Of a stretch of 64,000 nucleotides of DNA, positions 11,644-25,019 are shown one piece after another. The notes under the pieces were generated by a model. The model made no database searches. It was not told the origin of the DNA and saw only the letters and a program-made list of their open reading frames with translations. The first letter of the stretch is position 1, and each line of letters begins with the position of its first letter. This DNA is from Octopus sinensis (lineage: Eukaryota), in assembly GCF_006345805.1 (NCBI RefSeq), contig NC_042998.1, forward strand, positions 110,174,001 through 110,238,000. The letters run 5' to 3'. Position numbers and translations under genes: made by a program.

Positions 11644-12877
11644 GTTTACTACTCCATTGAGGTAATATTAACAAAAATATATACTCTATCTAGTGAGAGA
11701 TAAAAATCATTTGATAAATACAGTATAGAAATAAGAACTACGAATCATTTTTTGCCGTGAAGACACATAGCTGGGTAGGTTTTTATAATGTTCCTTGTGT
11801 TTCCAAGCAATCTTAAGGCTCGAACCACATGAGCTGTTCTATTTGAAAATCAGAACGATGAGAAAACACGAAAATAGAAACGTGAAAGAAAGAGGAAGTT
11901 CATGAGAAAGTTGGAAGGGTGATTAAAAATGGAAAAAAAAAGGAAAGAGAGAAAACTTAAGTTACATCTCCGTTCACTGCACAAGCCATAATTAAACTAG
12001 TTGTAGAATTCAACGGAGAGAAGTCTAAAGTCTACCAGAGAGCTGCTCAATTTGGAGAGGTTTTCGCAAAGAAAATTTTGGACCTCGGAAGTGATGCGGT
12101 GGAATTCTTAGAGCTAAAACGAATGGCCGATCACATGAGTTGCATTTCTTAAATACGTTCACATATGGTATGGATTTCTCTACAATTCTCTATTTGATCG
12201 TATGTGGCGTCGTGTAGTTGATCTTGAAATTCCGTATGTGGATAGCCATCTTAGTGGCTTTACTTATGTCGATGTGTCGGAAAGAATGCTAGTGGTTTGT
12301 ATAAGATCTTTTGAAGTCGCCTTCGTACAAAATCTTCTTTTCAGTTACGTTATCATGAAGCGTTGCTGTAACTTCTTCCTCGTGGATTATGTATTTTATC
12401 ATTACACGCCTTATCTAGTGGGCAAGCTTCAGGGTCTTGACAATTACAACTGCGTGTGGGATCCTCTTGATGCATACTAGTGATAAGGTTCTTCATAATA
12501 GTGCAGCAGCCGTATCATACTTCAATGTTTTTAGTTATCTATTACCAATCTTGTTTTTATGCTTTACTGGAAAATACATATCTAAAAGAGACGAATTTCC
12601 TGCTTTAATTAATTTTAACATTGAAGGAAGATCCATATTATTTTTCCAGGTCTATGTTTAGGTCTATGTTTAGGATTCATATTTTTTTACTTTAAGTATT
12701 GTAACATATATTAACTTTGAAACCGCTGATAGCTAGATAGCATTATGCAATTTAAAGTTTCCTAGGTTCGTAGAACGAATCTATCTCGTCAAGCATGTAG
12801 AAAAGAATAAAGATATATGAGACAAATTCAAGATTAGATGTTTAGATGTTTAGGCCTCTACCGCACAATTCTTTTTA

Positions 12878-13499
12878 CGTGGTGTTATCCCAAGTGATAG
12901 GGTAGCATCTCTATATACACTGAGTATTCCGTTATCCGAGAGAAGGTGAGTATGCATGAAAGTTCTAGACAGGGCATTCATAGTTTATAAAGGAATAAAA
13001 TTGTAGATAGAAGAATAAAGAATAAAACAGTAGATAGAGATAGAAATAGATAGACAGAAGAATAAAGACAGGAGAATAAAGTTCCCAGCTCATCTTCTTC
13101 CAGTGGGTATGGAAGTTGGTCCGTACTTCTGTGAAGGTATAGGTCCTTAAGTATAATACCAGGTAAAACCAGGCAGTAAATTGGCAGTATTTTGAATGTT
13201 GCATTCATGTTGAAGGAATAGATTAAGGACCTATACCTTCACGGAAATGCGGACCAACCTCCATATCCTATTGAAGAAGATGAGCTGTGGACGTTTATTC
13301 TCCTGTCTGTACTCTTCTATCTATCTTCTATCTACTGTTTTACTCGTTATTCTTTTATCTACTACTTTATTCTTTTATAAACCGTCAATTCACTGTCTAG
13401 AACTTTCATATGTATTCACCTTCTTTCTGATGGCGGTATACCCAAGTGTATGGAGATACTAACCTATTACTTGGGATATCCCAGAAACAGCTGTAAGTT
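12878..13499. mobile_element. Head-to-head inverted pair of the 9187 family
   Basis: 12878-13160 (minus) and 13221-13499 (plus) are reverse-complement homologues with a ~60-bp spacer; the plus arm ends GAAA-CAGCTG-TA. Confidence 0.85.
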
Positions 13500-13780
13500 A
13501 TACAGTAATTAATTAATTAATTACATCAAATTCACCTTACTCTAATTAAATATTCTAAATGACTTGAGATACTCTTTCTGCCTTGGTTTTCGTTGTCCTT
13601 TTTCCTCTAATATATACCTGCTAACTCAGAAGTCTGCTATGGACCCCTAGCTCCAGCCTCAGTTGTGAACTTGGAACCTAACAGATGTCCAATTATAGCA
13701 CTTACACAACGTACCTATTCCTTTAGATCACCAGTGCACTAAACCCCTCATATTCTGTATATATGTATATATATATATAT

Positions 13781-13825
13781 ATCACGTGATCACGTGACCG
13801 ACCAGACCATCAGATGTTGCTACAC

Positions 13826-13856
<31 letters not shown>

Positions 13857-13857
13857 A

Positions 13858-13889
<32 letters not shown>

Positions 13890-14000
13890 TCGCCTGCTCG
13901 CTTAGCCAGCAGGGTGGCGTCATTCGAAGGCTAAAACAATGCGAACGCATTGTGACCAGCGATGTGTAGCAACATCTGATGATCTTTTCGGTCATGTGAT

Positions 14001-14009
<9 letters not shown>
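13781..14009. mobile_element. Inverted fragments of the 3' tail of the 17657 SINE family
   Basis: atcacgtgatcacgtgaccgaccagaccatcagatgttgctacacat (13781-13827) is the reverse complement of the end of 13890-14009; both match 17657-17760. Confidence 0.8.
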
Positions 14010-14078
<69 letters not shown>

Positions 14079-14364
14079 TATACAGCAGAAAAGATGAATA
14101 ATATCAACACATGCAATAGAATGTATTTTCATAAATCATATACCTTAATTCGAGATCTTGTAGTACCTATCTCCGATTGTGGTTGTATGTACATAAAAAT
14201 AATAAATTAGGTTAATATAGAATGAAGTAGAAGTGGATTATTTTTCTATTATTTTTTAAAACTCATCTATAAATAATGATTTGAAATTTTGTCACGAGGC
14301 CAACAAGTTCAGGGGAGGGGGCTCTGAAATGGAACTTACTGTGCTCAAAAGGAACTTTCTGTGC

Positions 14365-14509
14365 TTAAATGGAACTTATTTTATCGTCTCCGAAAGGATG
14401 AAAGGCAAATTCAACCCCAGTGGCATTTGGACACATAACGCCAAGACGGGCGAAATGCCGCCATGCATTTTGCCCGGCGCGATAACAATTCTACCAGTTT
14501 GTCGCCTTA
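14365..14509 (-). mobile_element. tRNA-derived SINE 5' part with Nin/Deu-like central domain
   Basis: Minus strand aaggcgacaaactggtagaattgttatcgcgccggg...gcctttcatcctttcggagacgataaaataagttcca. Domain assignment is from recall of metazoan SINE central domains. Confidence 0.65.
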
Positions 14510-14951
14510 ACTCACATGTAAATAACTGGATGTAATATTTTGGGTACAGTCATAGCTATGTGCTTAAGAAGAGAGCTTTGCAACCACGCTGGTCTATAGT
14601 ATATATGTACGCATTTGTATACGTATATCGTTTACCGTTATTTATTTAAAAAAAAAACATTTTGAATATGTATTTTTTTTTTTCGAATAAAATCCTTTCC
14701 GATCGCTTAGTACTAAGTTATAAAACTTTTCCTGCAAGTTCTGCCCTCTGAAATACGGTAGTCAAGTGATTTATATGATGGAATCTTCTAACGATATTCA
14801 ATAACAGTTGTATTAAATACAAAATAATAATTATATCGCATCTCATGCGTCTTATTTTGGGAAGTGAGCAGTCAATTTTTCTTTAAGGTGAGTGCAACTC
14901 GATTCCGGTTAAGCTCACAACTATTTTAACTTCATTGTTTAAAGTCATAAA

Positions 14952-15090
14952 TATAGGGGCTGCTGTGTTTAAGAAGTTATTTTCAAGTTCATGTTTTGGG
15001 GTTCGATCACGCAGCAGAACATTTTGACCCAGTTTTTTCAGGCAAAGCTCCGGACCGATTGAAATCCTGTGCGTAAATAGACATAAACAG
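14952..15090 (+). mobile_element. Degenerate SINE head (43968 family)
   Basis: tataggggctgctgtgtttaagaag...ggggttcgatc...ctccggaccga is colinear with 43968-44125. Confidence 0.4.
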
Positions 15091-16932
15091 TTTCAAAGAA
15101 ATGGTGAGCTATTACTCATCCGTGATGCTGTTGGATGCTTTTTAGCGGCATCTTGCCTGTCGTAATCGTTTGGGTTAGGTCACCGGTCTCAGAATAATTT
15201 CTAACAGTTAAACAATTCGAAAGTCTTTTGGATATAGAAGGAAAATAAGCGGAGGAGAAAAATTCCTATATAACATTTATGTGTTTTTTTACAGTTCATA
15301 TGTTCAACACAGTTGTTTTGTTATCGATGCTAAATTGTTGTTTGAATCATTGTCAATGAATTGCTCAGAAGAAACTCGCTTGGATAGGAAAGAAAATCGA
15401 CCTTTTATTTTGGTCAAAATGATAACTGCTTTCATTAGCTACATATCTGGCTTGAAGAGGCAGGGTTAGGATCAATGTCTGTATTGTACAACGTGCCCAT
15501 CTTTCCAGACATTACGTTGCATTTGACTGGATTTGCTGGGTATTTCTAGAGAGCCTGCTAAACACAGAGATAATTTGTTGGACCGTGATGTTCGTGTAAG
15601 TATAGAAGAGGGAGGAGAAACGACAAAAGCGAGTGAGATGAGGTTGAATGAGGTTTGGTTGGGGCAGAGAGCGTTATATAGTGACACATGCAGAACATTG
15701 AAAATGAACAGTGATATCCATCACAAGAGACAATTTTTGATCATGTCAGCCATGATTAAAGTATTAGCAAAATTTGATCATGACAGAATATTAGCTACAC
15801 TTTGTCATGATCAAATTTGAAACAATGTAAATACCAATAAAGTACATGCATTAGACATTAGAACTTACTGACTGGCTCCGGTAAATTAATTGTTGATTGT
15901 GTTAATAGGAAAGGAGTTACATGAAAGAATAATATAATTAAAGAAGCAGCGTCATCTTGACAAATATTTTAAGACAAAGCTGAAATAACGTGTCTTCTCA
16001 AACTGTGTTAATTTCCTAATTTTCAACATTTATATAGCATATTAAAACTTCAAATATTTGCTATGCTTTCCTCCTGCCACTATATTACTTCCACCGTCAC
16101 TCCTATTACACCCAACCCTCCACCATTCTTCTTCTTCTTCTTCTTCTTCTTCTTCTTCTTCTTCTTCTTCTTCTTCTTCTTCTTCCATTCTGTTCCGTCG
16201 TCGTCGTTGTTTTCAACTTATCGGTTTCTACTCTGTCACACTGCCGACCACACGATGATCATCAACCTGACCATCACTCATCAATACCATCAGTACGCAA
16301 CTTTCTTGAAATATGTCGATTCTCCCACAATTAAATGGAAAGTGATATAACGGACAACGCTTTCTCTGACATACAAAAAGATGGGGTGATCACATCTGGA
16401 ATGTATTTGGTGATAGATCATTTCGAAATGCGTAGACCAGGGACTAAGCAACTCGATTACCATCAACAACAATTCCATCATCACCATTAATATAAACTAT
16501 CTTATTCTCGTAATCGTTTCTCCTCCCTTGCGAATGCAACGACATCCTGTTACACTCTGCTGGTTAACTGAACAAGAATCGAATCTATATATTTACAGCA
16601 TAATTATTCCAATTACACAATGTGTTTAATGTGCTTTGTATTGCTGTAAATTGAAAGAAAATGTAAAGTAAATCGATAGGCCTCAATGTTCGTCTGTGAT
16701 GAGCAATTCTTTGTTTCAAGAAATTCCATAAACGAGAAATACGCTGGAGACTCTTGATTATAGCTGGGTTAATAAATAAAGGTGTGATGTATATTCAAAT
16801 GATATTTCTATAAACTCGATTATTACTAACTGGATGAGGAAAGATCTTTTATGAATTATTGAATAGCGAATCGTCAAATATTACACTTTCATCATAATTT
16901 CTAACGTCTCAAAGATGACAAATAGTGCGTAC

Positions 16933-17009
16933 CATCACCGATTGTATACAACTTGACTTTCTCTCGGTATCCAGTTACAACCACTACCGTTCCTGTGGAG
17001 TTACATCTC
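16933..17009 (-). CDS. Candidate internal exon B (unidentified host gene)
   Basis: ccttatcag| 77 nt |GTACGC; one open frame RCNSTGTVVVVTGYREKVKLYTIGD, phase 2 in and phase 1 out. Confidence 0.4.
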
Positions 17010-17424
17010 CTGATAAGGTATTAATCTAAGCGTGGAGTCAAAAATACTCGTTTGCAAACACTATTCGTTGCGTGCTGAACGTTTCAAACTTCTCTTCACT
17101 ATGACAATAAATACATTTTACACTGTTAGTGTACACCAAGACGTTTGCCTTTTGTCGATAAAATAGTATTCTACCAGCCATTATATAGCGTCGGTGGGTG
17201 GGGTGTAAATGTAAGATACGCTTACGAGTAATTAGTTTTTTTAATAAACGGGCTTTTAGCTGCAATGTCGTAAGGTAGACACTTTTGCATTAAATAATGG
17301 TATCTAGCTCTTCTTCTTTCACTAATTCCCTCTTGCTATCTCCCACACTTCCACTCTATGTGGGTATGTACGTATAAATGTAAATGTACCTTCATATATA
17401 TATATATATATATATATCTTTATT

Positions 17425-17562
17425 GCCAACAAGGGGCTAAACATAGACGAGACAAACAAGGACAGACAAAGGGATTAAGTCGATTACATCGACCCCAGTG
17501 CGGTACTGGTACTTTATTTATCGACCCCGAAGGGATAAAAGGCACAGTCGACCTCGGCGGCT
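17425..17562 (-). mobile_element. SINE fragment (14365 family, central and 3' part)
   Basis: ttatttatcgaccccgaagggataaaaggcacagtcgacctcggcgg overlaps the 14365 domain and continues into a tail. Confidence 0.65.
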
Positions 17563-17656
17563 TCATATTTATATATATATATATATATAATAGAAATATG
17601 TTACAAAAAGAAAATAGAAACTACACGTGGTAATGTGTATATATATATATATATAT

Positions 17657-17961
17657 CACCGTGACCGTGTCCGACCAGGCTATCAGATGTTGTTTCTCAT
17701 CGCTGGCCACAATGCGTTTCGCACTGTGTTAGCCTTCAAATGACGCCACCCCGCTGGCTAAGCAAGCAGGCCAACAGAAGAAAGAGTAAGAGAAAGTTGT
17801 GGCGAAAGAATACAGCAGGGATCACCACCATCCCCTGCCAGAGCCTCGTGGAGTTTTGAGGTGTTTTCGCTCAATAAATACTCACAACGCCCGGTCTGAG
17901 AATCGAAACCGCGATACTACGACTGCGAGTCCGCTGCCCTAACCACTGGGCCATTGCGCCT

Positions 17962-17968
<7 letters not shown>
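17657..17968 (-). mobile_element. Near full-length tRNA-derived SINE
   Basis: Minus strand ggcgcaaTGGCCCAGTGGttagggcagcggactcgcagtcgtagtatcgcGGTTTCGATTCtcag: A and B boxes, ~250-bp body, tail flanked by (TA)n. Confidence 0.85.
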
Positions 17969-17998
<30 letters not shown>

Positions 17999-18013
17999 TA
18001 CATACATACACAC

Positions 18014-18074
<61 letters not shown>

Positions 18075-18189
18075 TGTATGTATATATGCATATATGTATG
18101 TATGTATGTATGTATTTATATATGCATATATGTACATGTGAATATATACACATACTCACACATTACGGTGTGTTTCATAAATACATTTA

Positions 18190-18331
18190 TATAGGCCCAG
18201 GCGCGTTTGTGTAGTAAGACGTTTGCTTCCGGACCAAATGGTTCCGGGTTCAGTCATACTGCGTAGTACCACGACCAAGTGACTTTTGCTAAGCTCGTAG
18301 ACAGAAACTGATAGAAACCCGTAGTATACAC

Positions 18332-18390
<59 letters not shown>

Positions 18391-18554
18391 CACACACACT
18401 CGCATACATACACACATAGGTATGTATATATGAGTGTGAGTGTGCCAGGCTTAAAACAAATACTGGTGGCAATTTATTCGATTGAAATTCTTCAAGTCGG
18501 TGCCTCAGCCTGGTTGAAGTCTCCTGACTGAAACAAGTAAAAGAATAAAAGAAT
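18190..18554 (+). mobile_element. tRNA-derived SINE with internal microsatellite
   Basis: Head taggcccaggcgcgtttgtgtagtaag...ggttccgggttcagtc; tail gactgaaacaagtaaaagaataaaagaat; same architecture as 43968-45562 and 39670-40055. Confidence 0.8.
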
Positions 18555-19747
18555 ATGTGCATGTTTCAATAGGTAAAGTTCTGCATGAAATAGTGCAAGG
18601 TATTGTGTCCGATACTCTAACGACGCTGGCCATTATACCAAGACTTTATATTAGATTGCTTTTAATTCTCCAAGCTATTAGCTTCTGTCTCTCTTTTAGT
18701 TTTCCCTCATTATCGTTCCTCATCATTCATAAAGCTCATACCATTCACGATATGAAGTAACGAATGATTCTTCCCATAGCCGCAAATTTTCAAATCGTAG
18801 CTATTACTATAGAATGAACTTATGGCTAATTTCGTTTTACTTGAACTGTGCCCGAATAAAAGATTACTGGTTTGTTATAATTGGAATAACCTTGATCATA
18901 TATCAACTCGATACATGATGAACTGGTGGTGAAAGATAAAAACAAAGTGTGTTTATTTACAGATTTATAACGACGTCCGTCAAGAACGAAGTGTCTTGTT
19001 AAAAAACATTCTTTTCACAGTAGTATTTTGAGAAGTTTATCCTGCAGAGTGTTAACTAAATGATCAATATTATTGCACTGTACTAAGTTTGTCAATGCTA
19101 AAGTGTGTATAAAACATTTGCTTCTTTTGTATTAAATTAAACATTTAATGTTGACAGACGTGATGAATACATATTTGTACTTCATGTTTAACGACTCTTA
19201 CCTCACGCTAAATAAGCCATGTTTTCACATAGCACGTATATTACAATAGAAACAATCCGCATATATAATGTTCCTCCTGATCTTTTCCTCTTTTCTTACC
19301 TGATCAACTCGTTGAGAAGAAGGTTGAAATTTATGGGATAAAAGATGTATAATATTCATTTGAGTGAAGGTATACTTCTGTTACTTAATATATCGACTTT
19401 GGACGTTTTACTTTCAGGAAAACCGGTGGGATTTTATCGTATAACGGAAAACAACGACGCTTGCAACTGAACGCAATAAATCATTTAGACTAACATCGTA
19501 TCCATTATACGAAGTTACCTACAGAACTAAACTTGAACTGTTTAATGAGCTTTCGTAATAAAAAAAACATTCTTCACAGCCATTGTAAAGATATAGGTTG
19601 CACAAGCTATTAAATGTTACCGATATATAAATACGTCATTTACGTTCATTTTATTCAATTTTCAGAGAAAAATAATTAATCTACTTAACTGGTGCGGAAG
19701 AACTTGTTTAATAAACTTGAAATGTATTTCTTCTATTCACTGCTTAG

Positions 19748-19791
19748 GGGTGTATGCAATGGCTATTGTCATTACAGTCACTCCAAGATCG
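19748..19791 (+). CDS. Candidate 44-nt exon
   Basis: tttcttctattcactgcttag| ... |GTGAGC; all three frames open; no homology recognised. Confidence 0.2.
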
Positions 19792-20583
19792 GTGAGCTGG
19801 TAATAAATTAAATATATTGGTACGATTTTACGGATGTTTTGGGGCACATTGTTATTGTATGTAATATTACGCCGGCTATCATCTTTAGGGTGAAAAGATT
19901 GGCTAGTTGCCAATTGCAGTTTTTCCACTTTGATAACGGAGGCCGACGACACGGTAATATTTATATGCATCTCTTACTGGTTGCATATCTTTGGCTTTTT
20001 AATCATTCCATTTGCCAACATTAAAATTAAAACGTAATTCCGAGCCCCTAGAAACAGCTGTTGGACTTGAAATATCATGGTCTTTCCCTTTAGTGTTCTG
20101 TATATTTTGGACTTCATGGACATTTCTTCTGTAAATATATAAACACATATGTGCTTATACACGGAGTTTTTAATTCTGGATATTTCCAGTTTTTTTTATC
20201 TCTCTATCCCTATATATATTTATATGTGTAGATTTATGTACGCATATTTTATATACCAAGCTCAAGCGTGTTTATTTGTATGATATATGTATATATATAT
20301 CGACATACATAAAAATAAATAGTTTCATTTAAATAACTATTCTAAAACTGATTGCATTTGTGAGTGAAGAGCTGATTTTAAAATATTTTTATCTGATATA
20401 AGTATTGTATTTAACCAAAACAAATGCTCATTTATCATACTTTAATGCGCAAAAGCCCAGCTTCCCGAACTGAAAGCTGCCCCAATACTACTGCTATTTC
20501 AATTTTTCTACTCAGCAGGTGCTGCAAATACTTAGACATTGAAAAACATATATCATATACAAGTACTTCGATTTATCTAAGAA

Positions 20584-20624
20584 TGTCATAACTATTAATG
20601 TACCAGACATTAATAGTTATGACA
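20584..20624. repeat. Perfect 18-bp inverted repeat with 5-nt loop
   Basis: tgtcataactattaatgt-accag-acattaatagttatgaca. Confidence 0.95.
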
Positions 20625-22883
20625 GTCAGAAATTTTCGCTTACAGCAAGACAATATTCCATAGTATATTTGCAAAACAAATATTGGTACTAGCATTTAGG
20701 AATCTTGACTAGCCAATGAAGAAAATTAACTCCGTGGATATTAAAACAGACAAGATCTTGACATAAAGTGGATACTTCCGTAAGAATAATAGTTAGGCTT
20801 TATCCTGTACAAAATAAAGAGCACAACCGAGAATGAGGCTTAAGGGGTCAGTCAAAACTGTCTTTGTATATTGTATATTGTATAGACATTTTCTTTAAAA
20901 TATTACGAGAAACAAATACATTAACGAAGCGATCAAAAGATAAAAGAATGGGGAGTGAAATTCTTAAGAAGTACTCAGTGCTTAATGGTATTTCATGCGC
21001 CACCAAAACTGCTCTAAGAGTGCATTCAACAAAAGCATGTACGAGAAACACGTTATATGACAGCAAAAAAGTAAAACAAAAGATACATGAGGAGGGTATT
21101 AAAAGCTTTATTCTTTCTAAAACAACATCGACTAGAAATGTAGCGTGTTTTACACTCGTGACCATTACATCACGTTTTGATGTTTATGCTTTTTCAATCC
21201 AAGAGCTGGAGATAGGAAAATAAAATGCTTTTCAAACAAAAGAGAATCTAAGGTGTTTAAAAGCCTCAAAGAGCAACCAGAATCCTCGATTATATCCTTT
21301 TTATATGGAATATTACATGCGTCAGTAGCCGGCTCTAAATTCCATTACCACATTACATTTCAAACAGAAAATGTTGATAAAACAATTTTCAATCCATGTA
21401 AACGCCTTCCTTGGTATAAATTTGGAAAACACTTCTGATGTTGATCATATACAAACAAACTTATAAATACAAGGAATAATGGATTAACATTTCCAAATAA
21501 CAAAGCTGTCAGAAAATGTAAATAAAACAAGCTTGTTGTAGTATTTTATATCAGAGAATAACTATTAAGTACGGTTATTATAGGTCAGATGCTTTGCTTT
21601 TAAACCTACAGCTTTTCTGCCTTATCGAGATTTTACATTTATATCGATTTCTATAAGTATATCTGATGAAGTTAGTGATGGTTTATAGGGTAATCTAGAA
21701 TATCTGTGAATCTCTACTCAAAGAAGGTGACTACATAATATACGTTTTGAAATTGCCATCTCTAAGCGAATCAGTAAACAATGTAACAATGCAACTCTTT
21801 GGTGTTATTCGCTAACTTCCAACAACAGTTCCCTTACCCCTCAGTCAGAAACTATTTCTTTACAAGATAAATTCAAATATTTTAAAGGAAACGTAAACAA
21901 TTTGCTAAGGAGCCCAAGGCATCTAGTTGTACCGCGAAGATATGTCATTCAGAAAAAGCACAACTCAAATCCTCACACACAAATATATATGGAGCTTACA
22001 CATACTCACGCGTACACACATATACATCTCAAGTCACAGATTTCCTGGACAATTTATAGAACAGCCATTCGTATTATCAACAACTACCGTATGCTCTGTC
22101 GCTAAACGAGTAACAGGTTTTAGTTCGACACTATTTGGCGATGTAGATGGTCAAAGGAAAATATAGATTCCCAATGAGGCATCTTATGGTAAATATTACA
22201 TATTTTCTTTGTGTGGTACATTTGATGTATATTCCTCCAGTTTGATTCCTGCAGAAATAAATTCATAGCATAGACCACATGTTCAGAAAATAACTTGCTT
22301 AAATGAACTAACATTATTACTATCTATATTCATATGAATCATTCTGCAATATAACTGTCGAAATATATTTAAATGTTTTTACTTATGTTCTTTAATTAAT
22401 GCATAAATTACACTAGTTTACTACAATTATTATTTTTCAGTGATACGTAAAACATCTTCACTTCCTTCCTGTGACTGTTCTTGGTCAGTTCATATAAACA
22501 TTCATATAACATTCATATAAACACTTAAGGGACAAACAGTATAAACTATACATTGCATATTTATTATGAGATAAACGAAGAACTATATTTGATTAAATCA
22601 TGCTTGACGAGGTGATATTCATTGCACCATTTAGATGTCTCACATGTTATTTCGTTGTAAATATCCTATATTTTATCTGAGATATGTTCTTCCTATTTAT
22701 TTGATCCGTTTGATTCTCTAAGACATAAGTATGTGTTGACTAGCTGTTGAGACGTAAAAGGTCTCTCAATGGTAAGTAATCTCTCATAGATAAATTCAGA
22801 TGATACACATTCACACACCGAACACACGTGCACAAGCAAATTACAGACATACACACAAATATACATGTATATGTATATATGTT

Positions 22884-22953
<70 letters not shown>

Positions 22954-23829
22954 GCAAATCTCGTATATTTTGTTATTAAATTAACACATTCAACAATTCA
23001 CTTCTTACAACCACACTTCATCAACGTTCACAAAGTGTAACCACACATAGCCATTACATACACTAATTTCTTGTACACATGTTCCATACACACTCAAAAA
23101 CATACACACACACTCACACATACACACACATACACACATACACATACAAACACATACACATACGCACGCATTTTACACATAAGCCAGTGCAACCTATTGA
23201 AATACTTGTGTTACAGTTAAATGGTAGATCTGAATTTAAATGAAAGAAGTATAATTGGTAATTGGATGTATATAAAAGTTCTCACATACACCACAAAATG
23301 TCTGAGTCTAGACAGTATAAGGTGTGGGCTAGAGAATAGATTTTAAAATCTTACTATATACATCTTGGTTTAGTTAAAGGTGTTTATGCATCTGTCTCCT
23401 TCAGTAAAGCAAATTTACATTTTTGTAAATATTGGCAAATAACACATATATAAACGATGTTAAATTGATAAAACCCCGATATCAACGAAGTAAAGAAAAA
23501 AGGTGGTCACTTGTCTTTCTTTTAATAATAAGCAACTTACCCCAAAATCAACCCATACCGTCGTTATATATTCCAGGATATATTGCGTGTGAAATAAAAA
23601 CCAGCTGGTTGCGAGTGATATAATTTAATTATCAATTTTCCGGGTCAAGGTTCACATAAAATCAAGGATCAAGAGCAACAACGACAACATCATCATCATC
23701 ATCATCATCATCATCACCAGCAGCAGCAGCAGCAGCAAAACTTCAGCTCGCTTGGACACACCTATGTGCTGGCTCGACTTCTCAGTGAAAGCAGTGAAAT
23801 CTCTTTCAGATCACACGATACGGCCTTGA

Positions 23830-23950
23830 AAGAGACAGACACATTGAATAACATAGTACAAGATGCAATACTTTAAATGAAGTGAAGATGATTGGAAAGA
23901 TATTGTCAAATGGTTGTTTCGTCTAGTACCCACTTGGGATAAATGAGTAA
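23830..23950 (+). pseudogene. Relic of a Penelope-like GIY-YIG endonuclease C-terminus
   Basis: ...KWLFRL(fs)YPLGINE resembles the PLE terminal W-x3-L-x-T-x2-P-x-G-L/I-N motif; preceded by HIE*HS. Confidence 0.45.
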
Positions 23951-24606
23951 CTTGCATCTTGAAGAAAGTTTGAAAAAAGAAAATGATATCCAACTCTAAT
24001 GTAACACTGCGTGTGTAAATGCTTTAATGGTTCTGATTCCCATATTGATATTGATTTCTTTATCATTTTACTAGAAATAAATCGTTCAGGACATCATCAT
24101 ACGCTATGCGCAAACACACGCATCTATCTAATATGAACAACTATATTTGAACTTAGTTTAACATCTACCCTATGTGATATGTTAATATTAAACCACTCCT
24201 ATTAATTATTCATCTCGAATTAATGTTTATCATATCAGTATAGAAAGTTTTTGAATTTTATTTCTCTTATCTGAACGAGTTGGACGATATTTTCTGAGGG
24301 ATCGCCGAGAATGTTAGGGACAAATATTTAAAGAAATCATTTCCATATCTAGTTGTAGTATAAAGGGTGGCATCAAATTCTGAAGTTGTAGTTAGAAAAA
24401 GGTGCCATCAAATTATGGAAGATCTAATCTGAATTATTGCAACATGGGAACACCATAAAAAGCATCTACAGTCCAGTCTGCTATTTTTACCGGGAAATGT
24501 ATTAGATTCACCGTTGAAAAAGTGGTGCAGTCAAAACGACGGTCTTCTTCACAGTATCACCCACAAGATTTAGAGCCAACCGAAGTTTAAAGTATAAGAA
24601 GCTTAC

Positions 24607-24661
24607 CCAGTTTTACTGCGGCCTTCAATCAAACAAGGAACCCCTGTCATAAGACTTGGAT
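24607..24661 (-). CDS. Candidate internal exon A (unidentified host gene)
   Basis: atattcttag| 55 nt |GTAAGC; PSLMTGVPCLIEGRSKT, phase 1 in and phase 2 out; joins exon B in frame (..SKTGRCNSTG..). Confidence 0.4.
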
Positions 24662-25019
24662 CTAAGAATATTGTAATAAACACTTTTCTAAGTTGCCATA
24701 TAATCAGTTTGACTTAAATGTAGTAAGTTTCAAAGAGCAACACAGCATTTATGACGCCAGTATATTTTAAAACTAAATGCAAGACTAATTTTCAAGATGG
24801 AAGGTTTACTCTGGTCACAAAACTGCAATTTAGCAGCAACAAATCAATCAGCTATAACAAGAAAGAAAAAAATCTAAATCCAAGAGAACACTGGAAAACA
24901 TTTACAGGTATTAAGTTTAAATTTGCGTTTTCTCCCATCATATATCAAAGGAGACCACAAATTCTGCATTACCAAATGCTCATTCTCTCTTTCTCTCCTT
25001 ATATAGATAGATTGATAGA

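Noticed and set aside
15041-15102. 62-nt plus-strand exon candidate (QSSGPIEILCV...)
   Set aside because: It lies within a degenerate SINE head, so the splice-like sites are probably incidental.
17900-17968. tRNA genes here and at 49878-49940
   Set aside because: A and B boxes are present, but there is no complete acceptor stem and the sequence continues into repeat bodies, so these are SINE heads.
20760-21450. Possible decayed MULE-like transposase
   Set aside because: Only vague H-x-H-like fragments across stops and frameshifts; not supportable.
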